Positions 41,757 through 54,492 of a DNA stretch of 64,000 bases are shown piece by piece (within the stretch, counting starts at the first letter, position 1; each line of letters begins with the position of its first letter). A program made the position numbers and the translations under genes. The DNA lies in the NCBI GenBank assembly GCA_964016885.1, contig OZ024740.1, positions 131,874,001 to 131,938,000 of the forward strand, read 5' to 3'. The notes beneath the pieces were generated by a model. The model had not been told where the DNA came from. It did not search any database and was given only the letters and a program-made list of their open reading frames with translations. Source of the DNA: Eledone cirrhosa. Lineage: Eukaryota.

Positions 41757-41804
<48 letters not shown>

Positions 41805-41891
41805 TTTTCTTTTTTTTTTCGTTTCTCAATTACATTAGCAAGATTCTTTATCTGAAAATGTGTGTTAAAACCGAAAATGTGTCTTAAAACC

Positions 41892-42213
41892 GATACTTTG
41901 GGAGGGTCATATTGCCCATAAGAAACACACGCAGCAGTTGGTTTCACTCCAAATTATTATAAATTAAATTTTAAGTTTAAAAAACAAGATGGCGTAGGAC
42001 AGAACAAAGGAGAGGCACAAAACAGAGAAAAGAATCCCCAGTCCCGGAAGAGGTCACAGAATGTGTGACGAAAGAACTCTGACAATATATGAACAGCCAA
42101 CCAACCGGAAATTTATAAAAAAACATTTTTAATTGATAATTTAATTCATAATAAATTTGAGTGGAACAAATGGTGCGTGTGTTTCTTATGCAACATGACC
42201 CTCCAAAGTATAA
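41892..42213 (+). mobile_element. Older fold-back element with a degenerate hammerhead at 42041-42083
   Basis: Diverged ~90-bp inverted ends (~41892-41980 and ~42125-42213) around GTCC-CGGAAGA-G-GTCACA-GAATG-TGTGAC-GAAA-GAAC-TC-TGAC. Confidence 0.6.
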
Positions 42214-42384
42214 CAATATATATGTATATATATATATATAAGTATTAAGTTGTTAAGCAATATTGATCAAAAGAACATCTATTTTATTAGTACTTATATG
42301 TTTATATATATATATATATTTATTAGAAAGTGAGGTTTTTTTTACAAAATGAAAAATAACCGAGGTGTCCTACACGAGTGAAAG

Positions 42385-42461
42385 TATAAAGAAAAAGAGA
42401 TGAAATCGAAAATGCAACTGGAGTCCAGTTGTATTTTCGATTTCATCTCTTTTTCTTTATA
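42385..42461. repeat. Near-perfect palindrome, 38-bp arms, 1-nt centre
   Basis: TATAAAGAAAAAGAGATGAAATCGAAAATGCAACTGGA-G-TCCAGTTGTATTTTCGATTTCATCTCTTTTTCTTTATA. Confidence 0.9.
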
Positions 42462-42822
42462 TATATATATATATATATATGCTTGTGCTTCTCTGTCTAT
42501 ATAGGTATGATTGCATGAATGAATGAATACACTAAGCTTTAATAGAACGTACAACCACAGATTCCAACTACTTGCACTATCATATATATTGGTTAATAGT
42601 CATTCTCTGGGAAATTGGTTGACCAAATGCTTTGCTAAATTGTTATATTTTTTTCTTAATTTATTTTCTCTCTTAGATATCAGGTATTTTTTGGAAAGCA
42701 ATGCATTGGCCTCTAAACACTACAGTGGCCCTTACAATGCTACTGTGGGCTCTTGAAATGCCTCCGTGGGCCCCTGGGATCCACTTGCTATTGAGCAACC
42801 TGGCAACCTGGCCAGTCCCCCA

Positions 42823-42974
<152 letters not shown>

Positions 42975-43375
42975 CTAATTTACTCTATAAATAGGATTAA
43001 AACCTTTTCCTCACCCAAATATATTTCTTTTACACATATACACCTTTTTAAACCGTATTTCTTTGCATTCTACAAAAGTTCATTCATACTATAACATTTT
43101 TGTTCCCCTAATTGTATATTTGTTTAATTTCTTTTAATACTTATTTGTAATTTTCTAACCTTCTAATTCACTATAGCACATTTCTTCTTGGCGATACAAA
43201 TTTTTTTCGTTTAAATAGTTCATCTTTATATCATTTTTTCTTCCTCGTATTTTTTCGTTTATCTCTCTTTCCATGCTTGTATACACTTAAATAATTACTT
43301 TTTATATTACAATCTATTGAAACAAACTAGGACCCTAAATCGTCTTCTAAATCATCTAACATTATTTTCATTCTC

Positions 43376-43568
43376 CAGGGCGGTGGATTGGCAGTATCGG
43401 TAGAGGGTCGCACGCCATGCTTTCCAGCATAGTTACGTCCCTTTACGATCTGAGTAAAATTCCACCGATGTTTACTTTGCCGTTCATCCTCACGGGGTCG
43501 ATAAAATAAAGTACCAGTAATGCACTGGATAATTGCTGGCCTTGTGCCTAATGTAGAAACAATTATTT
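43376..43568 (+). mobile_element. tRNA-derived SINE, full length
   Basis: Head GGCGGTGGATTGGCAGTATCGGTAGAG (A box), degenerate B box, conserved core, tail TAATGCACTGG.TAATTGCTGGCCTTGTGCCTAA.GTAGAAACAATTATT. Confidence 0.85.
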
Positions 43569-44065
43569 TCATTCACCTTATCTTATATCACTTTATTTTA
43601 TCTTAATACTTTTTTAATAAATGTTTGCACTTCTTAATAAATCTTTCACTATTTAAAACCTAAATAAATAGTATACTTAATTTCTATATCTGTAATCATA
43701 AGCATCATCATCCATAAACCTCATTCACTTTTAAATTTAAAATCTTATTAATATATTTAATTTATTTATAAATTTTACAACCGTTTTTTTCAGTCATCTC
43801 TCTGCGTGAGACAGCGTTTCTCAGTTTTAATGTTTATCTCTCTCTCTTTTCTCACCTCTCTCTTTCTCTCTCCTTCCTCCTTCTTATAATCTTCCTCCGT
43901 TATGCTTTCCTTCATTTTTCTTTTTCCTTTCTTCATCTTCCTTACCCTTCTCCCAATCCTTTCCTTTTTCCAATCTCATATATCCTTTTAAATTTATTTA
44001 TCATATGTTGTTTGCACACTACCTAGCTCACAAGTGTCTTTATTGAGTTTTATATCATGTCCCCC

Positions 44066-44136
44066 TATTTTATCTGATGAGAACGCAAATATCGTCCCTG
44101 GGCGATATTTGTTATTGAAATGGGCATAATAAAATA
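44066..44136 (+). ncRNA. Type I hammerhead ribozyme motif
   Basis: TATTTTAT-CTGATGA-gaac-GCAAATATCGTC-cctg-GGCGATATTTGT-tatt-GAAA-TGGGCA-TA-ATAAAATA: perfect 8-bp stem I and a 12-bp hairpin in stem II; 40 bp upstream of (TA)n. Confidence 0.85.
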
Positions 44137-44478
44137 AATGGAACTTTTCTAACCATCTATTAAATTCTTCTTCTTATATATATATATATATATATATATA
44201 AATGAAAGGTATATATATATATATATGTAGGTATGCGTGTGCGCTTGTTATATACGTATTTATTTACTTATATACGTTGATATAAGTATTTATTTATTTG
44301 TACACAAGCATACACACACACACGCATATTTATATGGGCGTGGTTTTGTATACCTATGGTAAGGTTTTGCGTATGCTTGTGTATGTACGTATCTGTTTGC
44401 ATGTATGTATTTATTTGTTTCTATTACTTCTGTATTGTATTTATTTACTTTGTTCTTAACTCTGTAGCGGAGATTAAT

Positions 44479-44896
44479 TTTAGACTACGACTTCTGCTAT
44501 AGTATTTACGTGGTTTTGTTTTTGCGTGCTATTGTTCTCCACGCTCCACATATGACTTATTATCTTCGTTTTTTCGTTCATTGCCAGAGAACGTCTCTAT
44601 GCACCACCTAAGAGAACATTAGTCTACGACCTCTTTTATACCATAAACGTGGTTCTGTCTTTGCGCGTAATTGTTTTTCACCGCTCCTATTAATGACGTA
44701 TTATTCGTTTTTTCCCGTTCTTAGCCAGCGAACTTTACCACGAACCAAAGTATCGTCTTCCTGTCTTCCTCCGGTTGCAACGTTTTTTGAAATATCCAGT
44801 TCTGCGTTTACAGATTGACATTGTTAGTTTCAGAAGATCCCGTTAAGGGTGAAAGCAGCGATTATTTGCTTAAACTTTAATCTGTTATTTTAATAA

Positions 44897-44897
<1 letters not shown>
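44479..44897 (+). mobile_element. CAGAAGA-hammerhead family element with an internal ~140-bp diverged tandem duplication
   Basis: TTAG.CTACGAC...ACGTGGTT.TGT occurs twice (~44479 and ~44619); paralog at 31857-32200; ends in (TA)n. Confidence 0.78.
44810..44885 (+). ncRNA. Extended type I hammerhead with variant core CAGAAGA
   Basis: ACAGATTGA-[CATTGTT bulge]-AGTTT-CAGAAGA-T-CCC-GTTAA-GGG-T-GAAA-GCAG-cgattat-TTGC-TT-AAACT-TTAATCTGT. Confidence 0.75.
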
Positions 44898-45084
<187 letters not shown>

Positions 45085-45207
45085 CGTATGGTAGCTAAGA
45101 TGCTTCCAAAGGCGGTATGCCGGTTGAGCAGTCTATGCTCTTATAGAGCAGAGTATGATATTATATAAAACGAAAAATCAGTGATGCATCTGAACTCAAT
45201 TTAATGT

Positions 45208-45245
45208 GTGTTACAATTGTTTCGCCGGCGTACAGCTCGAGACAC
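45208..45245 (-). ncRNA. Degenerate hammerhead with a 2-nt core deletion
   Basis: Minus strand reads GTGT-CT[GA missing]CGA-GCTG-TACGC-CGGC-GAAA-CAATTG-TA-ACAC. Confidence 0.55.
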
Positions 45246-45297
45246 GTTCAATGTGTGGATCTACCTGTTCGATAGACACGTCTAATGATTTCGGAGG

Positions 45298-45335
<38 letters not shown>

Positions 45336-45336
45336 A

Positions 45337-46342
45337 TATTTTGTTTTGTTTTAGTCTCATTCATTCTCAACCCCACACTCATCGACACAGTCTCAACCTC
45401 CCGCATCAAATCCTCTGCCTCCTTCACTGTATTTGTCACCAAAACTATGTCGTCGGCAAATTCAGCATCCGATACCTTTTTCGCCCCAACTCTCCTGCTC
45501 TGAGCCGGTGCTACAGTAAATCCAGTGTCCTGGTGTTTCTCCAGTGCAAGGCGCATACAATAGTCCACTACGATGATAAAAAGGTAGGGAGCCAATGTAT
45601 CTCCCTGGAGCACTCCAGCCAGTATCTCAAAGAACTCTGTCATCCCATCAGGTGTAATGACTTGGGCTTTGGTGTTGGTGTAGAGCAACATATCTGGTAG
45701 AGAATGTTGAGAAGCCAGAGGGGATCACTAATGTAGGCGGGAAGCCGCTGGAATTGGTTGAGGACTTCCTGTATTTGGGAGCAAAGATTGGGAATACGGA
45801 AGATGATGTGGTTGAGAGGATGAGCAAGGCCTGGGCGGCGTGTCACAGCTTGAGATCGGTGTGGAAGTCGGACCTTCGTAGAGACCTGAAAATCCGCCTC
45901 TTCATTGCTGTAGTGGAGTCTGTGCTGCTGTATGGGTTTGAGACTTGGACACTGACCAAGAGACTCACTCAGATGGTGGATGGGTGCTACACGAGAATGC
46001 TGAGGATGGCTCTGAACATTAATCAGTATACACTGAGGATGAAAAACTCAGAGCTGTATGGGAGCATCCCAAAAGTCAGCTCAAAAGTGACACAGAGGAG
46101 ACTGAGGTTGGCTGGACATGCTCACCGACATCCAGAGTTGACATTGCACTCAGTGCTCCTTTGGGAGCCCCTACATGGACACACTGGAAGAGGAAGACCA
46201 AGGTTAACATATGTTGATGCCCTAAGGACAGACACTGGTCTGTTGGAGATGCAGGATATGGCAGCGATAATGAGGGACAAAGACCGCTGGAGAGAACTCG
46301 TTCATGGATCTCGGGAATTTTACCCGCCTTAGATTAGATTAG
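45337..46342 (+). mobile_element. RTE-like LINE, 5'-truncated and 5'-inverted, with (GATTA)n tail and TSD
   Basis: 45337-45690 on minus encodes GVLQGDTLAPYLF..FADD..MNETKTK. 45691-46332 on plus continues YLVEN..EDFLYLG..RRLRLAGH..GRGRP. ATATATAAGGA at 45326-45336 and 46343-46353. Confidence 0.85.
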
Positions 46343-46347
46343 ATATA

Positions 46348-46545
46348 TAAGGAAAATGTATGACCCCGACGGCAGAGCTGAAGCCGTTTCCACGGATATT
46401 TCTGGACTCGAGAAATAGCCGTCGAAACGGCTTGAGCTCTGCCGTCGGGGTCATACTTGTTCCTATTTCCCACTCTACTACCCTAAGTATTGAGTACTCT
46501 GGTGCGTTATGGTCCATCTGGTTCCTTACCACAATTCCTTTGTTA
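46348..46545 (+). repeat. Hairpin-headed dispersed element, paralog of 32951-33146
   Basis: Palindrome at 46350-46464 plus an ~80-bp tail into (TA)n. Confidence 0.85.
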
Positions 46546-49500
46546 TATATATGTATATATATATATATATATATACATATGGCAAGTGGAGGCATTTCAA
46601 GAGCCCACTGTAGCCCACAGAGCAGGGCCCACTGTAGAATACGCAGAAGGGAAATATAAATGGCCATTAGCGTGCACGGTAATATAACCCACACTGGTGT
46701 AATTCATTAGAAAACACATCGCAAAAATAGATTTTCGATTTCCAGATATGCTCTTGAACATTAATTTATTTTGGGTTCTTCCATATGCCCTAATATTTTA
46801 TTATTTTCTATAGTAAATTAAAGGTGAAAGCTTATTTTATTTTCAAATATTTAAGCGTAACTTTATCCTATTCCATACGTGCTTTCATATTTACCATTAT
46901 TATCAATATAGCTTCTAAAATTAACGGGGAAACAATAGGGTTTAATCGTATGGTATAACTTTCGTGAAAATAAGAGGTGTTGGTTCGATCTTTACACCAT
47001 GCTAATCCCAATTGTATTTGCGTTGAAGAGGCACAGATGCCTTTCGTGGAAAATTATATCTGACGGAAAGCCAGAGTCGTAAAGTTTTCCTTGTTTAATA
47101 ACTCAGGGGATATTTGTCAGTTGAAGTATTCAATTACAGGGACGATGTGTAGGAAGAATTATTAAATTTACAAAGTGACAACGATGCTACAAAGTTTCAG
47201 TGTAATCATGGATTGTGATATCATCAATGTATAGTGAAATCATATCCCAACCTATTACAATTTAACAAAGTACAGTTTTACATAGTCACATTTGAACTCA
47301 TTTATGGTTCACTATGGTAATAGCAGCAGCAGCAGCCGAATAAGTCAGCGTTAGTTGTTTGCTCTCTTTGGTAATAGTTACTACATCTTAAAAAGTCATT
47401 TTACAAACCGGTAACAAACGTTTACCATATAATTTTGGTATCCTTTGAATATTTACTATAAAGATGAGCAGTGGAAACGTGTGTCCATGTTTAAGTAGGT
47501 GATGACTCAAAAAAAGGTTAGTGATCCATGGAAATGATACCTCGTTACAGTATTAGTATTTCCTATTCACTTATGTTTTCCTTTGTGAAGACTTAGTCAA
47601 TCCATGTCATTCAAACATCCATTTTGAAATCAGCAGCTGTAGGTTCACTTCAAACAGCTTCCCTCATTGTATATGGTGAAAATGTATGATTAAATACATT
47701 CCTTTATGTTGTTTAGTATTCTATCTATATATTTCCCTTAGAAACTGTTACCTGTCCCTTTTTTGACGACATATTTTTTGTGATATTGCAACTGTGTCGT
47801 TGATAATTAAGTAGGATTCTATGGACCGTCAATCCACATGTATTTAAACATAATGACATCTTAATAAAGCAATAATGTTATTCTCAAATGCATGTATGTT
47901 AAGTCCCTCTCCAAACACAGCTTACAACATAAAATGTTATTATCATTAGGATCGGAAATCATACTTCATTAGATAGATAATTTGTCACGCTGCTAAGGGC
48001 TGTTTGTGCCTTCTGAATGTCATTTTCCAGAAGTATCTTATTAGCAATTATTGATGCCTATGACATCATAGATAGAAGCAGAATGATCAAAGGGCTGCCA
48101 TGTTCACCTGCTCTGACCTCGGTGTTTGTGAAAACCGTATCTTAGGCATTTGTAATATGAACATATAGCAATAGTTCAGATTTAATTCAGTCATATGATG
48201 GGATCAAATAATTCGCAATTGGGTCAGCAAGATACTCGCGACAAGCGAATAGAAATATTTGACAAGTTACTCTCTTGTCTGATGTATCTCATGATACGAA
48301 AGAGAAAATGAACCAACAGATTAGACATATATAATTTCAATCAATTACATATGTCTAATTTTACGAGATTTTAAAAGTTATACTGTGGAAGTGAGTATTC
48401 CAAGCCAGATTCGCTACATGAAAACTGTCATATTTCTTGATCGGCCGGGAAAATATGATTACAAATGCATTCATACGCAGTTAACATAACCATTCATTAA
48501 TCCACAGACCTAGACGCAAGATGTGGTAAACAGGAATATACTGACCTAAATGAGAGCAAACATTAATGTTATTGTTATAATTAAGGGTCACCTTAGAATA
48601 GTGATTTAAACCATAAAGTAAAAGCCAATCGGTTATGTTGATCACTGTATTGTTATTATAAATCAATGTTGCTTATCATTAGAAAGAAATGGTTAAATAT
48701 GACAGTAATCAACTATCATCCAACCAGTGTAAAGATTTGCACTTAAATTCTATTTTAAAATCACTTAGATTGTTCCACTGTTCGTGGATGTATGACAACG
48801 TATCAGATAAATCAGTCAATACAATCAATTACATCGCTCTCCAATATAAACATTGAAATGTTATATTTAATCAACACTATTTCCATTAACTAGTACGTAT
48901 TGTAATTTAAAATGTATATTCAGTGTTACTAAGCCACGATTTATATGGACACGTATCTTCTTTGCGTAAATCCAATATGTGATCTACAAAATACTTACAC
49001 CCAAACATATTTTTAATACTTGTACGGATCTCTCTGCTTCTTTAAAGTAGCAACTGAATCCATCTTCTTTCACAATTTATAATCATAAATAGAATAATCA
49101 TATCGAATGACACATATTTATATTTCTCTGACCGACGCAGCATTTCCTCAATTTTCTAACTCAACGTTTGATAAAGATCTTTGCTGAAATGCTTATTGCT
49201 AAATCACTTGATACATGTATAGGTTTTGTATATGTAGCAAGTCTATTACTTTTCCGAATATATTCATCATCGTTAAACCTTTATTACTTGTACAGGCCTG
49301 GAATATTCCTGCCACATATTGGCTCGTGTATATGCTCATATTCCTTCTCTTCTTGATCAAAATCCGAAGCGACGTTCGAATATGTTTCCTCCTGTATTGT
49401 CACAAATTCAAGACTTTTCACTTCAGTTGACCATTGCTTTTTACATCTCCGATTTGTAAATATTACCATGGTCGTTGTTAGGCAAATTGTCCTTCTTGTG

Positions 49501-51949
49501 TCCCTCTTTGTGAGAATATTAACCAAATATATATATTATTATAATTCTCCTATTTTCAGTGTGGCTGTCCATTATCGTAGAAATGTCAATACATTTAATT
49601 TCTTTCTTCGAATGTCTATGATATCGAACCCTTATCTTTGTGATGTGTATAAACTGTTTTCTCTAATTTTGCCTTCATCATCACATTAGATTTTAATTTT
49701 CTTTTATAACTCCCAACAAATCAAATGACTGACAGTGTCCTTGTATTTTGTCAGTTACTTGCTTCCTTGTTAGGACTGGTTAAAATAAATAAAATAGAAA
49801 GTATCCAGTGGTAAACGATACCCTATCAATATTGATATACTCATGGCTCTCATATATTTTATCATAGGTTTGTGAGATCAGAACTGGTGTTAGGATGATA
49901 AAACAAAAGCACATATGAGAAGACACACATAAATCCTCATATATATATTGAGACACATAAACATATATATTGATGCTGAAATAAGTATTGAAAATCATAT
50001 ATACACAAACGCAATCACATGGAAAGGAATGATCTTTTTTTTTTAAAATGAAAATAGGTATTTATCTTATAATGAAATCTTGCTATTCACTATCTTTGTC
50101 TAACAGTTTTTATGGACCATCAAATACATACTTTAAGGTTTCTGATACTAATTACTGCTGACGTATATTATAGTTATGTACCCTATAATGGCTTTATTTC
50201 TGAAATTTGCATTATCTTTTCTTTAACGTGAACGAAGCATCCAAGAATAGAACGCAATAATAAAAAATCTCTTCATAAATGTTATCTCTAATGTTAATCT
50301 AGATTGAAGAGATGGGGAGTAAACGAAGACGATCATATCTTTAATATTTGCATCTACTTTTACATAAATGAAAATAAATTTTAATTTATCAGTAAACATT
50401 TATTGTTTGTAATGATATGTCGGTGGTTAACTTCACTTTCAAACAATGTTTCTTGAAATATATAGTTAAACAACTTTTACTTAGCAGTACAAACCGTGCC
50501 GCAAACAATCTTGTCTTCAATGCTTCCATGATTAATAGTTATATTCATATTATTCATTTAATTGACGAAATCTTCTGTACAAATATATGGTATTGAAGAG
50601 AAAAAGAAATGTAGGAAACGAGTCGATTGTCGGAATATATCAAGAGAAATATGTTTCTATTTGTCATTTCAATGTTAATACAATCTACTTCCGGATACCT
50701 CTGCTAGAACTCTCAGCACTACTTCGGTATTTGGAGGAGGGTTTGAAAACAATATGAACAGAGCTTGAAGAAATACAGCAATAAATCCAAATCAACACTT
50801 AAGCATTTCCGATAATCCATAAAATTTAAACTGCTACATTTTCATAGCACCAGATAGAGTAAAAGCGAAGTCAAACAAATGGGTTGGATTTGAATTCCGA
50901 GTAGAGAGACTAAAAATATATCAAGGCATTTAATAAGTCAACCTACAGATTTAGCGAGGCTACTAAAAATCATTGTGATTAATGTTGACGTAGAAGAAAA
51001 CAAAATATTGCCATATCGAAGTCTATTTAATCTTAACAGAGCTGGTATCAGTTTACCACACATTATATATAGATTGAGAAAAAGTTAACATGCATGTAAA
51101 TTGTCACAAATTGATGAAATTTTATGTCAGTAGTCATAATATTGATATTCACAATAAGTATAAACGTTAATAACGTGAATCTCCTCCTAGTGTTTGAAAC
51201 ATTCTAGGTATTTATTGAGAAAGGATACCCGATATACATCATAAGGCATATGGCATATGCACGATACAATTCTAACAGGCAAATCTGTGAATGTTTTTTC
51301 AGTCTTCAAAGTTAAATTAGCCGATTCATTGGACGATTGTATAATAAATATAATCATTGTGGAAGGTTTTCATAGGGAAAATAAACAGATTTCGAATTTC
51401 CAAGAAACACTATATTCATCATTAAAATGTTAGATTTAAGGATATTTTATTTAATATAGGTATCATTTTGACTTGTAGAATTAATATGATTTTACGCATC
51501 ATGTTATTGTGTTTAGAATGTTTGTGACTAAATGCAAAATTCGGAATATTATTTAGTTATTCATATAAAGGGTGGAGAAAATGAAAAAAACTACTTGATA
51601 TTTTTAGTTTCACTCCCTGCTTCATAGTATTTACTTTGTATATTCCTAATGCAAAACCTCAGTGAACTTTACCACCGGTGCTAGATGGTTGTTAAGTGGT
51701 ATAGGATCAATGACACACATGGAACTGTGACCAAAGTTGACTGGAGATAAATTGAGCATGAGTAACGTATGTTGAATTGGGTTCATTCACGGAGCCTGTG
51801 ACCTTTATTTCAAACATCTTATCTATTCGGAAAGCATGATAGCTCTTGGATAGAAAGGCGATAGATTACCTCCTATTGATTTGGGCAATGTATTCCGAGT
51901 GATGGTTACTGTAGTCATATGAGGTCTGTTTCAGGCGAGAGCTTGAAAC

Positions 51950-52900
51950 CGGTGAAGTCATTGCTCGGTTAAATAGCGCTCGCGTGTGTGAGGTGTCTGC
52001 CTATGCCACTTGGTAGTTCTTCACCAACTTCTCAGCTAGGCCTTCACCGAGTGACTCCACGCATTTCATCTTTGACATGAGAATGCCTTGTGCGCTCTCA
52101 ACGCTTGCTCGGAGCTTGCCACGGCCGTACCCTATATTTTTACATATTACCCTGCCTAACTGACCGCGGAATATAATAATACGATTCCATCGGCAATCAA
52201 TAAGGGGATTAATTGGTACATTTCCTTTCGATCCTGGTGTAGACACAGTTACCTGGAGCATCTGCGCTCCATTCATCATCTGAAAAACTTAATAACAGGC
52301 GTGTCTGAAGAGGTCCACTCTCATGATTTCAGATATGTGTTCCTGCTCATGATAAATTTGTCTATATCGGATTACATTATTCCCTACGCAGTGGGCTTCA
52401 CATCCTCCATCTGGGACGTGCGAACAATCCTCTGAGCGAATGTAACCACGAAGAAAGACACTATGATAGTAGGGTCAGTTATCTTCCCGAAACCACCCGT
52501 TCGTACTTCAAGTTCAGACTTCACAGCTCGAAACACTTATTAGCAGACTGAACCTGATCGACGTATAGTTGACCCTATTCCAGATGAGGAACAGTTTCAC
52601 TATACCGAAGCTTCTACATTAATTCCGTAGTGCCGCCTTCTACACCCACCCATTTCAAAGCTTTTAACTCATGCGATGCGGAGGAGATATGCAACATCCT
52701 ACCTGGTGTCATCGGTTTGCAAATCGCCACGGTCTCTAGTCGCATTCGCAGTGCCGGCATTTCTTTCGTTGCTGATCTGCTGTCCTGTACATATCAAGAG
52801 GTTTCTACACAATAATACAGAACCTACTTTAATAGCGGAACGCGCGGCCACATACCTGACACGGAAGAAAGTATTGATCTACGTTCTGCTGACCCTAAAC
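51950..52900 (-). mobile_element. Possible highly decayed LINE RT remnant
   Basis: GC-richer island; minus strand gives RSVRQG near 52148-52167, as in the LINE at 787-3144. Little else is readable. Confidence 0.35.
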
Positions 52901-53125
52901 TACCAACTACATTTTGACATTCAGTAACGCAAAAGCAAATGTGACACAATCACCTCAAAAGGCATGCCTACTGGGAGCAGCAATTAGCTTCCCATACATC
53001 CAGAATATCAGAGATACCAGGTAGCAACATGATGTTTATTTGAACACATTTTCCGGTTAAATAACCTTCACAACGCGCAATAAATGACTTGTGCTTGATA
53101 ATACAATGATATGCACAAAATAATA

Positions 53126-53219
53126 ATTGTTTCTACTTTTGGCACAATGCCAGCAATTACACAGTTCATTACTGGTACTTTATTTTATCGACCCGGTAAG
53201 GATGAAAGGCAAAGTTAAC
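53126..53219 (-). mobile_element. SINE, partial
   Basis: Same core and tail as the other SINE copies. Confidence 0.78.
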
Positions 53220-53220
53220 A

Positions 53221-53302
53221 AAATAATAATGATGATGGTAATAATAATATTATCAATAAGAAGAAAAATAAGTAGAAGGAGAAATAGAAAAAAAGAAAGA
53301 AA

Positions 53303-53358
<56 letters not shown>

Positions 53359-53371
53359 GGAAGAAGAAGGA

Positions 53372-53410
<39 letters not shown>

Positions 53411-53503
53411 GAAGAAGAAGAAAAACAACAACAACGACAACGACAACGACAACAACAACAACATCATCATCAGCAGCAGCAGCAAGATCAATAGCAACAA
53501 CAA
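53221..53503. repeat. Compound trinucleotide microsatellite (AAT/AAG/AAC/CAT/CAG)
   Basis: Direct reading. Confidence 0.9.
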
Positions 53504-54127
53504 CGGCACTGCAACATTTCTTCTCATACGTTCAGATATAGTTATGAGAGGCAGACAATATCTTTGCGTAATTTGACCTAATGTCAGTAAAATAGCTGAA
53601 AGATAAAATCAGAGGACGTGAAATGCAAGGTCAAAACTGAAAGGTTTCTGAAAAACACCGAAATTAGCCGATATTAAATATGGAATTCAACTCTCTAGTC
53701 AGTTTGCTGCGCAGTCAGTCTTCTTGACGAATGTTCGTACCTTCTAAGAAATGTATTAAATGAATAATAATAGGACATATGGAAACCGATACGTGTAATA
53801 CGTTATGAATTGAGTTAATTCAAAGAATGTTATGTGCAACTGATGTAACAACATTAACACACATATTGATTCAAGAAATATCAGTGTAGGCAAGTGGTGA
53901 TAACTATTGCAATCAAAATATACATTATATTGTACATTACTTTGATAGAATAGTAGTATTATAAATCTATATGTATTGCCTTTTGACAATACAAATAATA
54001 ATATGATAATTTTCCGAAAAAGAGATCAATTGTAACCAGGATGAACGAGAAGCAAATAGAATACCTGCGAGCAATACTCATGAAACGCAGTAATTTATGC
54101 ATGTACAGATACACACAGATATATATT

Positions 54128-54212
<85 letters not shown>

Positions 54213-54270
54213 ACATAAATATATATGTATACATAAATATATGCATATATATGCATACATATACATATGT

Positions 54271-54341
<71 letters not shown>

Positions 54342-54421
54342 GAGAGAGAGAGAGAGAGAGATATACAGAGAGAGAGAGAGAGAAAGATAGATAGATCGAT
54401 ATAGTTATAGACATAGATATT

Positions 54422-54492
<71 letters not shown>

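Larger units (their letters stand above)
40645..41759 (+). mobile_element. Retrozyme-like element: two ~436-bp tandem non-coding units, each with a hammerhead, plus an inverted 5' partial copy
   Basis: Units at ~40919-41355 and ~41356-41759; ~40645-40915 is the reverse complement of ~40992-41265; (TA)n on both flanks. Confidence 0.8.

Noticed and set aside
43376-43470. tRNA gene
   Set aside because: A-box and B-box-like motifs belong to a SINE head; no cloverleaf can be formed.
46700-51900. Host gene exons in the long AT-rich stretch
   Set aside because: No ORF with recognisable protein features. ~48900-49700 looks faintly like a decayed minus-strand LINE 3' end, too weak to call. Small exons cannot be excluded without RNA data.
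52300-52350. CTGAAGA motif
   Set aside because: No downstream GAAA or flanking stems; a chance match.
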